A DNA stretch of 64,000 nucleotides, taken from NCBI GenBank assembly GCA_028023455.1, contig JAQFVV010000010.1, positions 14,260,001 to 14,324,000 on the forward strand, in the 5' to 3' direction. This document shows, in pieces, positions 12,619 through 25,140 of this stretch. Source of the stretch: Epiperipatus broadwayi. Taxonomy: Eukaryota > Animalia > Onychophora. Numbering within the stretch: position 1 is the stretch's first letter; the number at the start of each line of letters is the position of its first letter. The notes under the pieces were generated by a model. The model had not been told where the DNA came from and made no database searches. It worked only from the letters and a program-made list of their open reading frames with translations. The translations under genes were made by a program, and so were the position numbers.

Positions 12619-12849
12619 GTATATCTTTGAAACTAAAAATGATTAAATCAATTTTACATATTTATTATTAGTAAATACTGGAAAACAAAACAAAACAATA
12701 ACATAATATTAATAGCCGATGTATAGATACATAAATGTATAACTTATCTTTAAGGAAACAAGTCATTTTTATTTAATTGCAAAAAGAAAATGGTAAAATA
12801 TATTCATGATAAAAAAATAAAAAGTTGTTGCTGCAATAATTTTGCAGGC

Positions 12850-13200
12850 ATAGGTCTGTACTCCTATTTTCTTCCTCGGGGGTGGTGGCAGTCGTTAGGG
12901 GTCTGGTTTATTGGTGCAGGCTGTTGACAATTTATTGCCGCTACCTGGAAAACCTGCCGGGAGGGTACCTGGTCAAAGTCTCAGCACCATTCTTGCTCTG
13001 GTCGGCTGCTGTGCCCTTGATAGGATTGGTTTTGGGCAGTGCAGATCTGTGCTTGTTACTTGTTAGTTTTTCTCTAGTTGGCTTTCCAATTTTGGGCAGT
13101 AGTCTGAATGTGGTCCCTGCACATTTGGATTGTTAATTGGGAGAGATACCTATAATAGTCTTGACGTGGCTCGGCTGTGGGTCAAGAGTTTATTATCCAT
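12850..13200 (-). mobile_element. GC-rich retroelement relic, possibly gag/ORF1 zinc-knuckle region
   Basis: Abrupt GC rise; - frame gives THSRATSR...NPNVQGPHSDYCPKL, resembling decayed CCHC knuckles (GHxxxxC; CxGxHxxxxxxCP) with stops. Confidence 0.3.
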
Positions 13201-14352
13201 GTACAGATACACATTAATCAAAATTATAGTAACCCTTTTAGGGACAATTTTTCTCCAGCATATGCACTTTATATAAACCTTGTCAATAATAGTTTTACCA
13301 TGTAACATTAAACACTGTAATCCTCAACGGGTAAGTGTACCCGAAAATTTTTGTAATCTTTTAACTAATAAAGGTTACTTTTGAGAGAAAAAATAAAATG
13401 TTATATCATCTCCAGTTTTATTTTTAAAAAAATGTACATTGATATAAAATTTGCTCACAAGAAATATGTTTAGTTAGAATAATACAGTTTTTAATTTTTT
13501 TTAAAAAAGAAAGCTTTAATAATAAGTTATTTTCTAAATCATGTATTATTATTTTTTTAAATATTAACTTTAGTAAAAATTAAAAAAAAAACCTATTTAT
13601 TAATTAAAGAATTTATCCTAGATGGTAAAAAATTTTATTTTCGAAAACTATTAACAATTATATATAAGATTAATTTTGAAAGTGCACATGTGCACCATAT
13701 ACCTGTTAATTATAAAAAAAATATTTTAGAAGAAACTATTTATATATGATGATTAAAAAGTTATTTTACAAGGAACTGTCTAAATACTCTTAGTTATTAA
13801 AGTTAAATCCCATCTTTGTTAATATTTAAAACTAAAGATCTCTAATAGCAGTACAAGCATGCAAAAAGTTGAGTTATTGGATATAATTAAACTTTTCACA
13901 AGTATATTCATTAGCAAACAAATACTAACATTAATTAGCATGTGACTAAATGTAAAGTACATTAATTTTTATAATTTATAAAATTAGTTTTTAAACATCC
14001 ATTGCTGAACTCAAGATGAAATAAGATATTATACATACAAATAGCTACTTATTATTTCACCTTGAATCAATGTTCTTGATTTGTATATGATAATTTTCAG
14101 CTCATTAATTTATATATATATAATTGGTGTTGATATATGGTTTAGAATTTCTATAAAATTTCTTTGCTCAATGACAGGTTGAAACAACTTGGCATTAGGT
14201 ACCATGATCTAATGATAACATTTGGTAATCATTATTACTAATTGGCCTTATCATCTTAAAAGAAGTATTTTATATTTAGCACTGAATAATAAAATAATGG
14301 AAGTTTCTTATATCATCAAAATGCATACGATTTAGTATTTATGTGTATATAC

Positions 14353-14523
14353 AACTACCAAGTTGTAATTATAAATTTATTTAACGCACATTGATTATGT
14401 AGTAATATTTACTAAGGCAATAAACCACAAGCTTGTGGTTAAGACCTGTAGAGATCCCTACCTTCGCATTTTCAACCACATATGTTTTAGGTTTATTGCC
14501 TTAGTAAATATAACTACCAAGTT
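14353..14523. repeat. small hairpin-containing repeat; related copy at 49890-49983
   Basis: 28-bp inverted arms 14399-14426/14490-14517 and a 12-bp direct repeat aactaccaagtt at 14353 and 14512; shares core aagacctgtagag..ccctac..tcgcatttt with 49901-49932. Confidence 0.7.
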
Positions 14524-16545
14524 CTAAATAGAGAGAATGTCATCATATAAATATTTCCATATCTAAGATATGTGATGTGAATAAACAAATCCAGAGATTA
14601 ATTATGACATTGTTAAGTATAGAAAAGATGTATAGATGAAGATGTTTAATAGGTTTAATTTTTAATATATTGGTCATCTTCCACAAAAGGATATGGATTA
14701 GAACATATAAATAGAAAGCCAGAATCCAAAAGTATATCTGCTCTTTCAAACTCATAAATTTAGAAACCTGTAATTTTAAAAGAATATTCAATAAAAAATT
14801 CAGAAATTCGTAAATTTGACATGTATCTGCCAAATGTAAAAAAAAAACCAACTAAGGTGGTTTGTTTGTGTCATAAAATGAAAATAAACAATTTTATTTT
14901 TGGATATATATATTATATAATGAGTATATATGCTGAAGTTAGCCAGATATTCATTAGAATAAATTATCGATTTATGTGAGATAGTAAAAGATTCATAAGA
15001 TGGCATAAGTATTTAATGAAAAGTAACAAGTATTAAATTTATAGGAACCGAAATTAAGTTATGGTAAGCAGTAACATGTTGTGTCATCTAAAAGTATTGA
15101 CACTGTATGAAGGTTTAGCAGAATGCTCCAGTGCACAGCAATGTTAAAAAGTAACTTGTTGTATCACCAAAACGCATTTGAGTTTATACATAGACTAGCA
15201 GAAAATATGTGCCTGGAAACAAAAAGGGAGTATCAATTTAAATACATCATATAGGCATTGTATCTTTTCATTTTATTTTCACTGCAAAAAAGAATGAAAA
15301 GGTGATAAGTTATATATTTTTTTAAGAGAGAGATTGATCAGGTGAAAATATTCCCATAGACCACAGGTTTGAATACCATATTGTATGCACATGTAAACAT
15401 GCTATTTTTTTTTTATGATTGCATTCTATTTTGATATCTTGATGTGTATAATTTTTAATTAGTGTATATAATTATGTAATAGATATTAAAAAGTTCTTTA
15501 TTGTGTGTATATATATCTCCATCATCCAATTCTGAAACATCAACATATTGGCAGCCAAAATACTGACAAACAAATTTTTCAATATAATATCTCTTTTTTA
15601 AAACAACGACTATAATATTCTATAGTTTTTTTAATAAATTTGCTGTATTAAATTAATTTTGTAAAATATAATAAAAAATTTTGACAGCGATTAACATTTT
15701 CAATTTGAAGAGTTTTTATTATGATAAATAAAACTTCTGCTAATTAGTGTGTTTATTGAAAATTGCAATGAGATTATTACTTATTTTTAATTTATATGGT
15801 CATATTCAAAATTGTTACTATAAGTGATTTTTGATTTTCAAGGTAGATAAATACATAAAAATTTATTTAATTTGTTCATTTAAAAAAAAAAAAAAAACAT
15901 AGAAAGATTTTATGCCTCACAAAATTTGCAATAATTTTTTTTTTAATTGCTCAAAGCAGCTTTACAAATAACATAAAATAATATTTTTAATTTTATTTTG
16001 TCATGAATTATTACACAAATTATATACAAGCTAAATACTCCTCCAATATCTATTTCATATTTCTCCATCATTTGTCTGGTATTATATATATTTAAATTTT
16101 AACGTTCATCACCAAATCACTAGATAAATAAACAGACCTTGTGTTTTTTTACTTCCAAGACTTTTAATTGAATTAAGAGACTGTAATAGGAGAATATATT
16201 TTACAGTATACTCTATTAATATATGCATTTATTAAAGATTTTCACAAACTTTTAAGATAAAGCATTGAAATATAAATGAGAATTTAGGTTACTAACAATA
16301 CAAACTGATAGTGTAAGCAGAAATAATATGATCTACAAATATGCTGTAATATTTGTTTGATATACATTCAGCTAAAAACAGATTACTTTTATGAATAGAC
16401 CTAGATATTCTATACGTGAAATAATTTGAAATATAATAATGTCCTTGAATTTTATTTAGTAACCAAGTCTCTCCCGCAAAGATTTATATATATTGAAGAT
16501 TTTCACAGATTTAAGATGTAAATTTTTCTGTACAATTAGATAAAA

Positions 16546-16975
16546 TTTCAGCTATGGTTATTATTACTAGATCACATGGTTTCAGTTTGCACTACTAGTT
16601 TTAAATGTAGTTGTGTAGTTATATCATAGCTAAAATTTTATCTAACTTATTATACAGAAAAATTTCCATTATATTTCAGTGTTTGCATGTTATGTCTTTG
16701 AAAATAAGTAGTTTAATTTTCTCTACAGGAGATATTTGATTATAGTTGTTATATTTCAAATTCTCAATTATATAAGTATCTGACAGATTTATTAGCTTGA
16801 ATATTACACTAAAAGCAGTCCATTTTTAGCTTAACATTATTCAGATAACTCTTATGGTTATCATTAGATCGCATAGTTTCAGTTTGCACTACCAGTTTTA
16901 ATTGGTGGTTATCTGGTTACATCATAACTGAAATTGTATTCAATTTATTACATGGAAAAATTCCCATTATATATT
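16546..16975 (+). repeat. dispersed direct duplication, about 130-bp units about 296 bp apart
   Basis: tagatc(a/g)cat(g/a)gtttcagtttgcactac..aaaatt(t/c)ccattatatt occurs twice. Confidence 0.75.
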
Positions 16976-19072
16976 AATTATTTTGGCAGTTTAATCTACA
17001 CTGAGAAAGGAATTTGAATGAATATATTTGTATTAATTTATATTGTTAGAAATAATATATAATAAATGTAATTCATTTCATTTCTAAACATCACAGAAAT
17101 ATGAAGAGATAAATGAACAGTTTTGGTTTTAATTTATAATGAAAAAATATAAAATAGATGTTTTAGCAATATTTAATCTGTATGTAATATGAGGAAGACT
17201 ACATATTTAACAGCATAAAAGAATAAACAAATATTAAAGTATATCTTATTTATTCATTAATTAATATATAAATATTAATAATATATTTGTATTTTTATAT
17301 TGGATTATTTCCATCATCTAATATACAATTGAATGTCTTTAGAGAAATTTAACTTTATTTAATAATATATATTTGTAGTTATATGTTAGATTATTTCATT
17401 ATGTAGTTCAATTTTAATGTTTTCAATTCAAACTTTAATTATATTTTTCTAGATATATTCAACTATTTTTAACAACACATGAAAGACTAGTGTTTTAAAG
17501 TAATTTGTATATTATTATCAATAATTGAATATATTTAGAAAAATATACTTAAAATTTGAAATTTTCCTAAAAATATTGTCATGTATGTTATTATCAGTTG
17601 AATATATTTAGAAAATATAATTAAAGTTTGAACTTTTTTTAAAAAAACATTTAACAATCCAAAATAGATGATGGGAAGTAGTCCAACCAGTAACTACAAG
17701 TTAAATATCATTATTACAAATCTTTAACTACTATGAATGGTTAAAAAGTTTTTATAAAGTTGCTGACATATGAAATGTAAATTTTCTTTCTTTTTTTTAA
17801 AATGTGATTTCATTAAATTCATTTATTAAACAGTTTTCAATATGATCAAAATAAATTAGAAGCAGGTCACATATTATTTGTCATAGTTATTAATATGGTG
17901 TTGCATCGTCTATTAGATACTTTTTATTTATATAACAGAAAAAACTTCTTCAAATTGACACCTTTGCTATTAAAATTTTTATATTTTTACAAAATTAATT
18001 TAAATAAGATAAATATAGAATTATAATCTGATTTAAAATTTTATTTGTCAGTATATTGTTTAGAAGTATGTTGAGATTTTGGGAAGGTGATCTTGAGGGT
18101 TTTGTCTCTTGGATTTTTAGCTTTCGTTATAATAGCTATTGATACTTTGAAATAAACCTATTTACATATGTTGAATTAAATATTTCCATTGATTATATTA
18201 TTGTAAATAGAAATAATATCCATGTAAATAGAGATAACTTTTAGCTTTTGATATTGCCAAGAAACTATCAATTATTACTAATTGACAATCCTTGAAGTAA
18301 ACAAGTTTTCTCATTAACCTACAATATATATATATTAGGGATTAAATGGAACATCATAATAAAATCATTTTTCTTTTGCTTTTCGAAAACCAAAGAAAAC
18401 ATTTTGAAATTAACAATATTGTTGAAGATATTAATACTTCATTTTGTCAAATTTTTAAAAATAAAAGAAAATTATATTTTTGTTTAACATAACAAGTATA
18501 TATGATAAAAGTTTTTATAGTTAAGGCAGATGTATTTAAATGTGATTAAATCATTTTATCTTTAAGTTTCGTGTTAAAAAGATTTCCATGGATATTAAGG
18601 TAAATGTGAAAGTGCTTGGACAGCAATAATAATTTTTTTATTGCTTTCCCCCCTAACCATCATGAAATCTCTGATGGCCTCTATTAAATAAGAATTATGT
18701 ATTCTGATGTAAACACAAAATGAGACTTTATTGTAGGAGTCATTACAGAATAAGGTATCCTAATGGTTTAATTTAATTTTTATTATTTTTAAATGACTGA
18801 TTGTTTCTTGTTAATATGCAAATTTGTTCTGATTTAGATTAATGTTTTTAACACACAGTTTAAAAATTTAACATCTCTTTGTGATTTTCTCTAAATTATT
18901 ATAATGATAGAAATTGATAGATTATTTTTAAATGGATTTTGTTTAAAAAATTAAATGTTATTAACATATGTAATGTACATTTAATAAAGAATTGTTTTGT
19001 AAATGCTTTTTAAACTGTTTTATTGCAGTATCACTGTCATATTGTTAAATATTATAATTATCATTATTATAG

Positions 19073-19126
19073 GAAGTGCAAGAAGCTATGATTTTTGAAA
19101 ACAGGTATACAAAATACACAATGGAG
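19073..19126 (+). CDS. Actn: alpha-actinin exon: EVQEAMIFENRYTKYTME
   Basis: ttatag acceptor, GAG|gtaagt donor; 54 nt; conserved IFENRYTxYTME motif. Confidence 0.96.
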
Positions 19127-21180
19127 GTAAGTTTCAAAAAAAAAAAAAAATTGTAATATTTTTGATATCCTTATGTATGCACACATGGACAATTTTTATT
19201 AATAAATTCAACTTCATTTATATAAAATTCATTCAACAGTAAAAATTGCACTCAAAACAAAAATATAAAATACCTAAAATTATTAATGTCTAAAACAGAA
19301 ATGTATTTTTTATTTGCAAATCATCATTTGATTTGTTATATGTTTTATAAATTTGAAACAATCCAAAGTATTTGAGAGAATTACACGCCTTGATTCGGAA
19401 AAATATTTGAATTGTACATCAGCATGTTTTATCATAATTGCAAATGATGTTACAGATTTTGAAATAAACACAAATTTGATCCTCTAAATGTACATCAGTA
19501 CACTGAAAAGGGGGAAAAAAACCATCTTTGATATTTATCAAGAAAGTTGAAGATGTTTTTGATTTTTTTTAAAAACTTGATTATAATATTAAATGAGCTA
19601 ATGGACATTGAGCATATTATTTGACTACTATATATTTTACATTCCCTATTTTAAAAGTGTATTTGGTACAAGTTATTCTGTTATATTAAATATTTATTTT
19701 AAATTAAAAAGCTTTTTGTAAATCCCAAAGTTAATAATAATAAATAAATAAATATGACTTAAGTAATGGTTATATTTAACACTGGATTGTCAAACATACA
19801 ATATTCAAATAATTTTTATAGTTATAATATCTATGGTCAGTAATAAAGTTTATTTCACATGTAAACGTTTTTCATAAAGTAGTATAAAATTCTTTTTAGA
19901 TAATAAATATAAAATATTTTTGAAATGAAAAGAATTTGGTTATTTTAAAAAACAGACTTATGAGAGAGATGTAATTATAAAATGTTATTTGTTTGCATAA
20001 TTTTCTGCACCATCAATATTCCATCAGTATACAAGATGATAAGTATTAGTAGATGCTAGTATTACCATTTTAATTCCAGAAAAATTACAAATAGTCAGTT
20101 TTGTAATGATTCTATGCGTCATAGTTGCATCCATATTTATCACATGATCTTTCTTTAATTATTTGGTTTATTATAATACCATCTTTGGAAAATTTTGTTT
20201 TTTTCTGAAAGATTTTAACATCTCACTGTAGCTCTCTATTGTGAATCTATCCTCAGCCACTTACCTTATCTGTTGATTTGTTAAATGAAACATCACACTA
20301 GAATCTGCATTGCATTTCAACACAATCCTGTTTTCTACCTAAAAAGCCACCAAAACATTTAATTTGATTCACATTCTCAAGTTCAGAATCGGGAAACCAT
20401 TCATCTATGATTGCAGACAAGCTATTCAATAGATTTGATGAAAATACTTCTGCTGCACAATTACTGTAGTCTTTTTTTGCCCCATTTAGTATTATAAGAT
20501 GAAACTATAAAAACATTTTGTAAAATCAGAAAACACAATTTTATGGGTTTATATTGAAGCAATGGATCTGAAGTCCAATCCATGCTTCACATCTTCCTAT
20601 AAACTTAATTAATATTGTAAACCTAAATTAAGTTTATAGTCCAATATCAGCAGGGTTTTGCATTAGAGTTAAAAATAATTATGCTTATTAAATGTGTATT
20701 ACATTTAAATATTTTGTTTTAAATAAATGTCATTCTATTAATAATAATTGCTTAACCTATTAGTCAAACATATATATACATCTAGCATATATATATGAGT
20801 TAATGCAAAATTCTGCTGAAATAAAATGCTTATTCTACTATAAAAAAATAATAATGTATTGTTGTTTAAAATTCTGTTAAAATATTTAGTATGATTTGAT
20901 TTTGAGATAAGCCTGCCAACATTTTCTAAAAGAATGTATAGTTTTAATTAGTGAGCCATTCAAGTGTAATTAAAGATGGCCTTCTCTTTCTTTCTTTTTA
21001 ATTAAGAGAATTCAAACTTTGAAGTAAGAAAGTTAGAGTAAAAAAGTTAAAGTTATTTTTAGAAAGTGTTGCTTTGAAACAAAGGAGCATGGGGAGGCTT
21101 ATCAAGATCTCAGATCATACAAACAATAGAAGGTAGCTGACAGAGAAGGTATAAATAGAAGGGAGAACAAAAGATTGATT

Positions 21181-21365
21181 ATTCAGATTTTTCTTTTTGA
21201 AGAATTCACATGATTCAGATTTTTCTTTTTGAAGAATTCACATTATTCAGATTTTTCCTTTTGAAGGATTCAGTTGATTCTGATTTTCCTTGTGAAGGTG
21301 ATTCTTTCAGAGTTTGCTATTGCAAGATTGATTCAGATTTTGCTATTGCAAGGTGCATTCAGATT
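21181..21365 (+). repeat. 32-bp minisatellite, decaying rightwards
   Basis: attcagatttttctttttgaagaattcacat(g/t) starts at 21181, 21213 and 21245, with degenerate units from 21277; no unique spacers. Confidence 0.85.
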
Positions 21366-21499
21366 TCTCTTAGGAGAACTCTGTCAGATTTTGTTCGTGA
21401 TTTTATTCCCAAAAGTCTACAACTGTTGTCTACAAATCATGAAGAAGTTTGAACCTGCTCAAGCTAAAAATCATATAAGTTTGATAGATTCTACTATGC

Positions 21500-22700
21500 T
21501 CGGCTAGGCAAATAAATAGCTTTGCCTATCGCCGAGGTTCCGGAATACCATTCAAAATGCCTTAATATCCACTCAATAGTCATCTGAACTCTGTGCCGTG
21601 TCTGGAGAACTTTTCGTGAAACCATGCTACATATTTTCATTGTCCGGACAACTACATCTCGACGGTCGGATCAAGCCACGAACGCCGTAGGGAACATGAC
21701 CAAGGAAAAAGGACGGTAATCGTATCTCCTCTCTTGAACTATTTCTTATGCTACCTTTTGTTCATTTTTTTCTAATTGCTTCAGTGAATTTATATGTATT
21801 TGCTATGTAACCATTTTTTATTAGACTAACCTTAAATATATATATTGTGTGATCATCTATCTATATGTAACCTTTTTTCCCTTCGCTATTCTTCCTTACT
21901 AACCAGTGTAAATATTTAGTCTTCCATTGCGGTTAAGTTTAATAGTTAATTTTTGTTCATTTAAAATCTCTTTCCAATTTTATTTATGTTTGTTAATTAA
22001 ATACGAGGCAGTTTCTTTTGTGTGCCAACTTGATCTCTTTGATAACGCCTCTTTTGTCCGCCATTAGCTTATCACGTATATCTGATTTAGCTATATACGT
22101 TTTAAATCATTTTAAACTGTTTTTAGCGCAAAGCAATTAGAAATGCTTGCGAAAGATTCTTTTTTTATCGTACGTTATCGAGAAGATCGAGTTGACAATT
22201 TTTAATAAAATTGGGAAGAAAAGATTTAGACCGCAAACCTATTCATCTGTTTTATTGTCTAATTATTTTGTTTCATTAATTTAGAGGAATAGCGGAGGCC
22301 ATTAAATCATTCGTCATATTATTAAAGTCATTAATTAAAGATCTATTATTTAACTAAAAAGCTTGAGTTTCCTAATCTTATTAAAATGCTTTATTTTACT
22401 TTTCAATGATCCAGGCACGCATAACGCAAAACACATATTTCTTAGTACTTTTGCACATTTAACTATTTAGCTCCTTAGGATTTCCCGTCCATGTCTCTAC
22501 CGCTGTTGCTAAGCTTTGTGGCCGGTTGAAAAATAATTTATGTGTGGCTCAGATAGTGTTGTTCGGTTCATAATAGCTTCGAGACTTGACGAATAGGGCA
22601 GAGGTCATAGTATTCTTGATTTAATATCTCGCGTATGGTTGGCCTTGAGGTACTTTCGCCTAGTATTCGAACTGGGTTAAATCAACATACATCATCTGAC
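21500..22700 (-). mobile_element. CpG-rich retroelement relic, possibly a LINE RNase H region
   Basis: - frame A*SDRRDVVVRTMKICSMVSRKVLQTRHRVQMTIEWILRH loosely fits the RNase H pattern xDSxxAL...SKLV...LxWIPxH; the rest is unassigned. Confidence 0.3.
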
Positions 22701-23653
22701 TGTCACAATATGTTGTTCAAAAATTCCAAAAATTTTGAAATTTATATATCGCCACCCACCATATTTAAAAACTTCTCTCAATATTCCATTAGCACTATAA
22801 GCCTTTCCAAATTTAAGATTACAAAGAATAGTTAAGATGGATATCTTACCAAATCTAAACAAATTTATAGAATGGATGTACATTATTAAAAGCAATCATC
22901 TGAATTCTTGGTTAATCTTGTGTTAAAAAAGTTGCCATGATCAGCAAATGATTTTCCTTTGCAACTTTAATTCACAAATCATTCCTATATCTTTTTTCTG
23001 CTTTTAAATCCTTTTATCGCTTATAAAGTTTCATATTCATTTTATTACTCAGATAAGCAGAGAACATCACATTTCTTCATTTAATCAAGTCAGTAATAAT
23101 GTATTCACATTTAGAAAATAGGGTTTTTCATTTTTGTGAATCCTACAATAAATCTCACCATGTTCACAACTCTGTTTCTAAAAAAATATATGCCTTGGAA
23201 ATATAATCGACTTGGAAATCTTCAAATTGGAAAGTTATTATTTAGCAGCAGTTTAAACTGAACATAAACAACAATTAATAAGGTTCATTTTGTAGTGACA
23301 AGTTTAGAGGGCCATTATTTCCAGTGATTTTGGAATAGAATTTTTCCTAATAACACATGCATATAAAAGCTTTCTGCGAATTTAATATTGGAGCATAAGT
23401 TTTGATCTTGCTAACATTACATAATAGAATTTTTAATATTATTAGTGATTCATTGATACATCCAGGAATTCCAAGAATAAATTATTGCATCAATTTTGTA
23501 TTGTAAGTTGATTATTGAAATTAAGTATTTTAAATATTGAGTACTTTTATTATAATTATTTGAATAATTTTATTTATTTATTAATTAAGTTTAGTGAAAA
23601 TTTTTTTTTGTTATTTGCTGATTTATTTGACAAGTCATTTACTTTCATTCTAG

Positions 23654-23722
23654 ACCTTGCGTGTTGGCTGGGAGCAACTTCTAACATCAATCAACAGAAA
23701 TATTAATGAAGTGGAAAACCAG
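23654..23722 (+). CDS. Actn: alpha-actinin exon: TLRVGWEQLLTSINRNINEVENQ
   Basis: ttctag acceptor, CAG|gtaaga donor; 69 nt; hallmark LRVGWEQLLTSI motif (overlaps track ORF 23657). Confidence 0.97.
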
Positions 23723-24879
23723 GTAAGATTTGGATTTAAGAATTTATCGTATAATGTGCATGCACATATATATATTGATTTGAATATTACATATATATAT
23801 ATATGTGTGTGTAAAATGTTTCAGAAACATCAGATTGTCTATATTTAAATATTTTATAGGCAAAAAATATTACACACACACACAATCAGCAGTAGTGATG
23901 GCTTTTCATTAAATTCATTATAAAGAATGATCTTATTATTACAAAATGATGTTAAAATAATATTGGTAAGAGGATCATTACCAAAAAATGATGACTAACT
24001 GTATTATTTATAACTTCAATTATTAAAGCTTTTTTAAGCTGATTAATTAATGTATATGTATTGTAAATATCAGTAAGCCTAAGATTATATAGAAGAAATA
24101 CATGATAAGGTGATGAAATGTTTTAATAGGATTTGATATAACCCAGAATATTATTCGTAGTTTTGGATTCAATCTGGTCTTTCTAATATTGATATTTTTG
24201 AAGAAGGCCAGCCTTATGAATATTATATATGTCCATTCTCATTTTGGATGCTATAATTTGTTTAACTTACGTGTATGCTGGGTAATGGGCAAATACTTCT
24301 CAAAATAATGCATTATTTATTAAACTAGTAATAATTGATATATGGATAAAACATATTGTAATGGTAAATTTTCCACGGACCATATGCAATCAAAAATATA
24401 CTTATATATGTATTGTAAATCTTGATTCAAATAAAGATGAATGATTAATAAAATTTGAATAAAATGAGTCAATTCATAGATATAATAATATTAACCAGTG
24501 TGATGATAATGATTTATAATGTCATTACAAGTTCTCCCAAAAGTATTTTGTTACTCAATTTTAATAAAATGAAACCTTAGACACCGAACCTTCTAAATAG
24601 AAAGCTTACTTTTGGAAAATTTATTAACTTTCAATTATCATCATTTACAAATAATTATCACCACCCCTGCATGTCTCTCAGTGGATTGCAGGATTTTTCA
24701 GAGTTGTGCATTATAAGCATACTGGATATTAAAAGCATTATGTTTGGAGTAAATTAGAGAAGCAAACACGAATTAAATGGATTAAAAAAAAAAAAAAACT
24801 TAACAATTTATTAACATGGAAAATATAAGGTCTTATTGTAACCATAATGATAAGTGAAATATTTAAACACTTTCAAACC

Positions 24880-25140
24880 ATGGTTTTCTGCGGATATTAT
24901 ATTTACAGTTGTCTTCTTTAATTCCTCCAATGATGGTAGTTTTTCTCTTTAAGCATTGATGTTAGGAGGAAATCTAATAGCATCGGTGAAGTTAAATAAG
25001 ATACAATATCAGTAGGTGTTGGGTAGTTTTCGCAGCATTTTATGCAGGCACTGCTGGTTTGGGCAAACTTCAGTGTTAATTTCTGGATTTGCTTTTTCCA
25101 GGTGTTTTGGATGCTGTGGTTTTTGGTTATTAACCACACA
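24880..25140 (-). mobile_element. Tc1/mariner transposase C-terminal relic
   Basis: SPMLLDFLLTSMLKEKNY (track ORF 24918) resembles SPDLTPxDFFLWGxLKxKVY; after a frameshift it reads KLPSLEELKK (PxTLxELK motif). Confidence 0.5.

Noticed and set aside
13229-13378. piggyBac MITE (gtaacccttt ... aaaggttac); also gggttaa near 31441
   Set aside because: The inverted match is only about 9 bp, there is no TTAA TSD, and it is plausible by chance.
21181-21365. Possible CRISPR array (32-bp period)
   Set aside because: Units abut with no unique spacers, the context is a eukaryotic intron, and there are no cas genes.
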